A stretch of 55,233 nt of DNA from positions 1-55,233 of the forward strand of contig MQRK01233649.1 of the NCBI GenBank assembly GCA_001938485.1, written 5' to 3'. The translations under genes were made by a program, and so were the position numbers. Shown piece by piece: positions 49,947-55,233 of the stretch (its first letter is position 1; the number at the start of each line of letters is the position of its first letter). This stretch comes from Girardia tigrina. Its lineage: Eukaryota. The notes under the pieces are model-generated. The model saw only the letters and a list, made by a program, of their open reading frames with translations. It was not told where the DNA came from and did no database searches.

Positions 49947-50433
49947 TGTTATGTATCATGGTTACGGTTACCATAATACTTAAGTTATGGTTAGGCTGAG
50001 GTACATTAGATGATTATACATATGTTATGTATTATATTGATGCATGCTTGAAGTACAATAGGAGTTTTTACATGTAAAATAAAATGTTATGTATCTTGGT
50101 TACGGTAACCATGGTACTTGTAATTATACTTGTGTACATTAAGAGATTCATGATGTATTGTTTGATTGTTAACAACATACATATATCATATGGGTTTCAG
50201 ATATATATATACGAAAAAATAGATTTTTGAGCACTTTTTTGAAAATTTCAGAAATTTTCGAAAAAATCGATTTATCAGCACTTTTATGAAAATGTTAGGG
50301 AACCAATCAGAAGCGTTGCTAAAGTGATCGCGACCGTTACTATTGTGATAGGGACCGTTGCCATGGTAACCGCGTGGCAGCTAGTTATGAGCCCCTTCGA
50401 GGGGGTGCCGGAAAATGCCCATTTTACCCCTAC
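48790..50433 (-). repeat. Right terminal inverted repeat (about 1.64 kb), including the pPolB 3' end
   Basis: Inverted match to the left arm, plus an extra tandem unit of about 168 bp and an extra segment at about 49975-50290. Confidence 0.9.
49374..49709 (+). CDS. Small Tyr/Cys/Phe-rich ORF in the right TIR with an internal repeat of about 56 aa
   Basis: 111-aa ORF; the unit DFF.NLRSYS.Y..M.YY.CVQ.DF.Y.AC..LYTI..F.PTLHY is repeated in frame. Confidence 0.35.
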   Translation: MSYYQCVQSDFSYYACCDLYTIWAFDPTLHYNTQDINKALCFDFFENLRSYSDYLPMDYYTCVQADFRYFACFALYTICMFGPTLHYIILKHEFIALCTIVNLLFHTLAHV

Positions 50434-51228
50434 TATGTTTATTTTTATTTGCCTCTTGGGAGGTATATTTTATTCCTTAACCTTTAGTTAACACATTTTC
50501 CTTTTTTTAATAGTCAAAAAAAACAGATCGAGAAAAGTGAAATGTCAATTTTATTTTCGATAAGAAAAAGACTTGTCAAGAAAAATAAATTATTTATGAT
50601 TTCCATTTCCACATATTACGAAAGAAATGAAAATTGAAATTCAAAATTTAAATAAAATAAATTAAAAATATTAATTAGTTAGATAGAAATATTGTCTAAT
50701 ATAAAATTATTACGTCAAACTTACCATTACAATTCTGTCCAGAATTCTAATAACAGACTACGATAAATTCCATTCCATTTTCTATTATTTCAGTCAAAAC
50801 AAACAATTTATCACTTCCAAATCATCCATATTATTCGAAAAATTTATATATCACTAATCAGTTCAAAGTTTTGATTCTGTTATTACAAAATATTGTTATT
50901 GCAAATTATTGGATAAAGAAGATTGACAACAATTTTGTTATATCACTGTTATTTAAAACTGATCTGCTGATTAATCAGATGTATATTATTTTTAGTTTTG
51001 TTATTAATACATTTTAATAACTAAAAGTCATTATTTTCATTACTAAAATACTATTGTTATAATCTAGCTGCTTTCCTTTGTGTACCATTTCATAGAACAA
51101 TCAAAGGAAATCCTTTAGCATTATACACTTAACATTGCGGTGTCATTGATTGAATAATACACATTTTCGCTCTTTTTTGAACATCACTTCCTGTGGAAAG
51201 TTTATAACCTAAATATTTTATTTTAGAA

Positions 51229-52167
51229 ATGGATGACTTTCCAAATTATTACAAAGTTTGGGGAAAGGTTAATTTTGGATTACTGGCCCTTCTTAGTTTT
51301 TTAGGAATAATTGGAAATTTCCTAGTTTTCATGATAGTTCTAAAGGACAGAGCCATTCGAAATTTTACAAAAGTTTTATTGATAAGTAATTGTATTTATG
51401 ATTTCTTGTGTATCATTTTTGCGGGAATCAATTCGATGTATATTTTTTTTCAGTTATCAGACATGAAACTAGGTAATCCGCTTTTATGTGGAATATGGAA
51501 TATTTTTATGTATGTGTTTTTGTATGGACCTATACTTTGTACATCTTTAGTGTCTGTAGAAAGATTTCTGATGGTTCACTTTCCCACAAGTATTTTTCTT
51601 CGATCATTGAAGCTGTGGCACGGAATTATTGTCGTCCTTTTAATAACAGTTTTTAACTTTGGTTTTTTTGGAAATTATTATCAAAGTGTTGATGTATTCA
51701 TATATTGTTTATCTATTTCAATATTCTATTTGGGAAATAATTGTGCTATTCTGATTATATATGGTATTTTACCTTTTTTGATTAATTTAGGATCCGCTGT
51801 TTACCTTCTTAAAGTCATAGGTAAAAGTCTTAAAGCTTCAAACAACACAAATGTGAAGAACAACATTGTCAATCGACAGAGGTGGACAATAAAAACGACC
51901 ATCATAGTTTCTCTAAACTCTTTATTTACATTTACTCCTTACATAATTATATTATTTTTATATAATACTGGATATATTTATCCCACATATGTTGTACAAA
52001 TTATAACTAATTCAGCTAATATTTTATTAATTAGTAATTCTTGTATAAAATTTTTTTTCTATATGTTCACAAAACATTTTCGGTTGAATTTGTTGAAGCT
52101 AGTTTGTCCGGGGAGATACTCGACGAGTCAAGCCCAACTGACCACCATCCAAACAAATACCTATTAA
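51229..52167 (+). CDS. Rhodopsin-like (class A) orphan GPCR, intronless, paralogue 2
   Basis: 312 aa; about 37 substitutions versus 27495-28430; flanks are also homologous (about 51125-52600 vs 27390-28880). Confidence 0.92.
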   Translation: MDDFPNYYKVWGKVNFGLLALLSFLGIIGNFLVFMIVLKDRAIRNFTKVLLISNCIYDFLCIIFAGINSMYIFFQLSDMKLGNPLLCGIWNIFMYVFLYGPILCTSLVSVERFLMVHFPTSIFLRSLKLWHGIIVVLLITVFNFGFFGNYYQSVDVFIYCLSISIFYLGNNCAILIIYGILPFLINLGSAVYLLKVIGKSLKASNNTNVKNNIVNRQRWTIKTTIIVSLNSLFTFTPYIIILFLYNTGYIYPTYVVQIITNSANILLISNSCIKFFFYMFTKHFRLNLLKLVCPGRYSTSQAQLTTIQTNTY

Positions 52168-54589
52168 ATTCTCACTGTTATTTGAAACAAACTTTGAAAA
52201 TTCACAATGAAAAAAGATTTGTTAGACGAATTGATTCTTTGTAGTTTTATTTAATGTTCGAATAAAATAAAACCTCAAGTTAACTTTTATTATGAAATAA
52301 AATATTTAAAATTCCGAATTCGTGATCGAAACTGTAAATAAATAGATTTATCTTTAATTACAAATTGATTTTTATATTTTTAGAGTTTCTTGAAATTCCT
52401 CAAACCATTTCCAAGAGTTTTTCATATTTTTCCCTAAAGAATAGCAATCTTTTTACATCAGGATTTTAGAGGGTCTAAAGTGTTGTTTGTATCCGGTGAT
52501 TTATGGAATGGAAAATTTCACTAACGAAAAATTTTTAATTGTGTGTTACATCCAAACAAAAGTCAGAAATGGTACATTAAATTCTTAAAGACATTGAAAC
52601 AATTAGAACTGGGAATGAATTCTACTGATAGATTTTCACCAAGCATTAATAAATGTTTGATATATAAAATTTTTCCTTTCTATTAAAGATGGATGTTTTT
52701 TGTTAATGCCATTAGAATAAATAGTCCCAAAAAAGAATATAACTCTGACTAGATATGTGCACTTATAATAAGAACCAACATACATCTGACACTGAGGTGA
52801 CCCATCCACATGTACATTCTTTATAAATCTTCCATATTCCTTCTGCTCAATGAATTCTTGCAACGCGATTGAAGCTTTTTCGGATTTTTATTTCTTTGTT
52901 TTACAGTCTCTTTTAGATTTTGGTTACAGGGCTTTTAAGCAGATGTTGCAATTTCTCATCGTTGTATATAACCTCTCTCGAATTTAAGCACTCTCTATAT
53001 TCTGCCAAGTCTTTTTTGTTGTTGAAGATCCGAAGCATTTCACAATCAACACACTTTTTCATCAGTTGCTTTTAATGGCTGCTGACTCTCCTGTTTATCC
53101 GAACCAATTCAGAGTTTAAAACTCTTTTGACTTCATTCAAGCCCTTCCCTTTTTTTTCTTTTAGTCCTTCTCCTATCAGATGAGTATAAATAAATTGTAT
53201 TCAATTTAAAAAAAGACTCATTTATTGCAAATCATGGTATTTTAAGAAACTGGTATTTGTCAGTTATTAAAACAAATTAAATAAAAATTAAACTACTTAA
53301 TACAATAACATTTTACAGTTTTTTAAGCGAATATTTCATACCGGAAACATATTTATATACAAGGAAACACAGAAAGTATTCGAACACCACATATCTCTGT
53401 CGTTTGGAAAGAAAGCTGGTGGTGTTAAAGATTTGTTGTCCCATAGTTTTTGTCGCGTGCCTGTTTTTGTAAATGGAATCTCTGTATATGTCTTAAACTC
53501 TCTGTGGGCGTAAATTATGGTGATAATGGGTGTTAGAGGGTTGCTCTAGTTGCACCATATCGTGGTAATGTTAAGTCTCGTCTAATGTATCGTCTGTAGT
53601 CATACTATTCGGGTTTGTGGTTTCATTTGGTGATGACAACGGTAGGAAGTAGTATTAATGAGATAGTATAGTCATCCTCGCTGAGATAGCCCATTGTTGT
53701 AAGTGTATTCAATTTTTTGCAGGTGGGTTCGATTTATTTTTCTAATGTTTACCTAGTATTTTATTGATTTAGTGAATATTTGCGAGTATTTTCAATAATT
53801 TGAGCATCTGTTTGAATATTTTTTAATTTGAAAAAATTATTTTTTTATAATAATATTTTTCGATTATTGAAGAGGCTTATTTCGAACGATTTTCAGCAAT
53901 TTTTGGAGACAAATATTTTTGAAATTTTTTGAGAAGAAAATTTAAAAAGTCGAATTTGTTTGGGTTTATTTGATGAATGATTATATAACGTAAAACAATG
54001 TTCATGGTGGCAAAGTGGTCTAAGATGGTGAAATGAAAAAAAATTTAAATTGATTTATTTTCTGGACACCCTACGATGAAAATTATATTAACGTTTTACA
54101 TGAAATAGAAGATTTACCAAATAGTTCACCAAACTAGATAAATCCAAATCTAAGTGGATCAAAGTAGGTGCCAAAAAGCCAGGCAAAGTCCAGGAATTGT
54201 ATTTAAATGTTAATAAAAAGTTTTCTTTGTAGTTTTTAATATTGATAGATAGAAATAATTTTTTTTATAATTTATAAAGTATATTTTTTAAAGATTCTAA
54301 ATTTTAAGGAATAAGTATATTATTAATATTATTATTTTTCTTATCAATATCATTGATTTTTCCGACCTGTTTTTCAAATTTTTCTAATATTTACTTACTC
54401 TTTAGAAATTCCTCTTCAGAGATAAACACGTAGCACAAAGTCTTTTTATGAAACAAGAATAATTCATAATATTTTTCTAATACTTTTAAATAATCTTTAT
54501 ACTTTTTATTTTTTTGTATATAATAATATTAAAACTGTTATCCATTTTTTTTGAGAAAAAATTTCAAGTTGAAATATGTAAACATATCC

Positions 54590-55233
54590 TGGGATATACA
54601 TTAGATGCTCGAAGCTATGGTCGCTGTATAGAGCATCTTTGACTTGTGTTATTTTTATTGTTATCATCCGGCTACTGGTGCATATGCCGTGACTGTGTCG
54701 GTAAGATTTGTTGTCACTGCATTTGACATCAGTGGGTTATATTGACCGGTATTGTGTTTATGCCATGTCGAGTTGGAATATTTGATATTCGACACTATGC
54801 ACATTTTGGTTAAATTTTTTATAGTTGTATCTGAAAGATGTAATTTGTTTTTAAGCAGGTTATCATTATCGGCGGGCCAAGATCCTAAACAGCCGACAAC
54901 AATTTCTCCTAATATTACAGTCCATCCTTTATGAGCCGCCTTTGCTTCAGTTAGCAGGCTTTTATATTTCTTTTTGTTGTTATCTCTGGCATCTTTAAGT
55001 GCTTTGACAGTGTCATAAGGGGTTTTTATATCTATAAGCCAGAGTTCTTTGGTTCCATGGTTATAAACTTGTAAATCAACCCGGCTTCCCGACACAGACC
55101 AATCACACTCTCGGTTCATGATGATTTTTAAAATTGGTTTCTCTGCAAGTAAAGCATCTGTGACGATTTCTGCGATTGCATTATGTCTCGCCTGTATCAG
55201 AGTGCTGTTGGGTTTACACCAACATAGAACATG
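54590..55233 (-). mobile_element. 3' end of an RLE-type non-LTR retrotransposon (R2/R4/NeSL-like group), frameshifted
   Basis: HVLCWC (end of CCHC), ARHNAI, RVDLQV...LIDIKTPYD...KKKY, IVVGCLGSW; stop at 54664; 3' UTR hairpin AGATGCTC/GAGCATCT. Confidence 0.88.

Larger units (their letters stand above)
41751..50433 (+). mobile_element. Polinton/Maverick-related TIR element encoding only a protein-primed DNA polymerase
   Basis: Termini GTAGGGG...CCCCTAC; flanks TATCTTT/TATGTTT (TSD with one mismatch); TIRs over 1.2 kb; central pPolB pseudogene. Confidence 0.92.

Noticed and set aside
52620-54075. Degenerate coding-like stretches and a GGACACCCT terminus-like motif at 54064
   Set aside because: Probably old TE debris; no partner TIR or diagnostic motif was found.

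Overview
This is very AT-rich eukaryotic DNA with several N gaps. It looks like an invertebrate genome; a planarian-like host is only a guess from composition and element content. Most of the window is nested, decayed transposable elements around two intact, intronless rhodopsin-class GPCR paralogues (27495-28430 and 51229-52167, about 88% aa identical). Elements recognised: a Ty3/Gypsy provirus (1-7214, minus strand) plus two solo LTRs of the same group, hAT elements and MITEs, three Tc1/mariner families, pogo- and Mutator-like remnants, DINE/Helentron-like repeats, a Penelope element with hammerhead ribozymes, and the 3' end of an RLE non-LTR retrotransposon. The most unusual structure is an 8.7-kb TIR element (41751-50433). 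It encodes only a Polinton/Maverick group-2-type protein-primed DNA polymerase. Its very long TIRs include the polymerase 3' end and a small repeat-containing ORF, and end in a 21-bp-phased array of RFX X-box palindromes plus CCAAT boxes. Other notable observations are a frame-conserved Gag N-terminus encoded inside the Gypsy LTR, and TG..CA solo-LTR-like elements that carry their own ORFs. All alignments and counts were done by eye.
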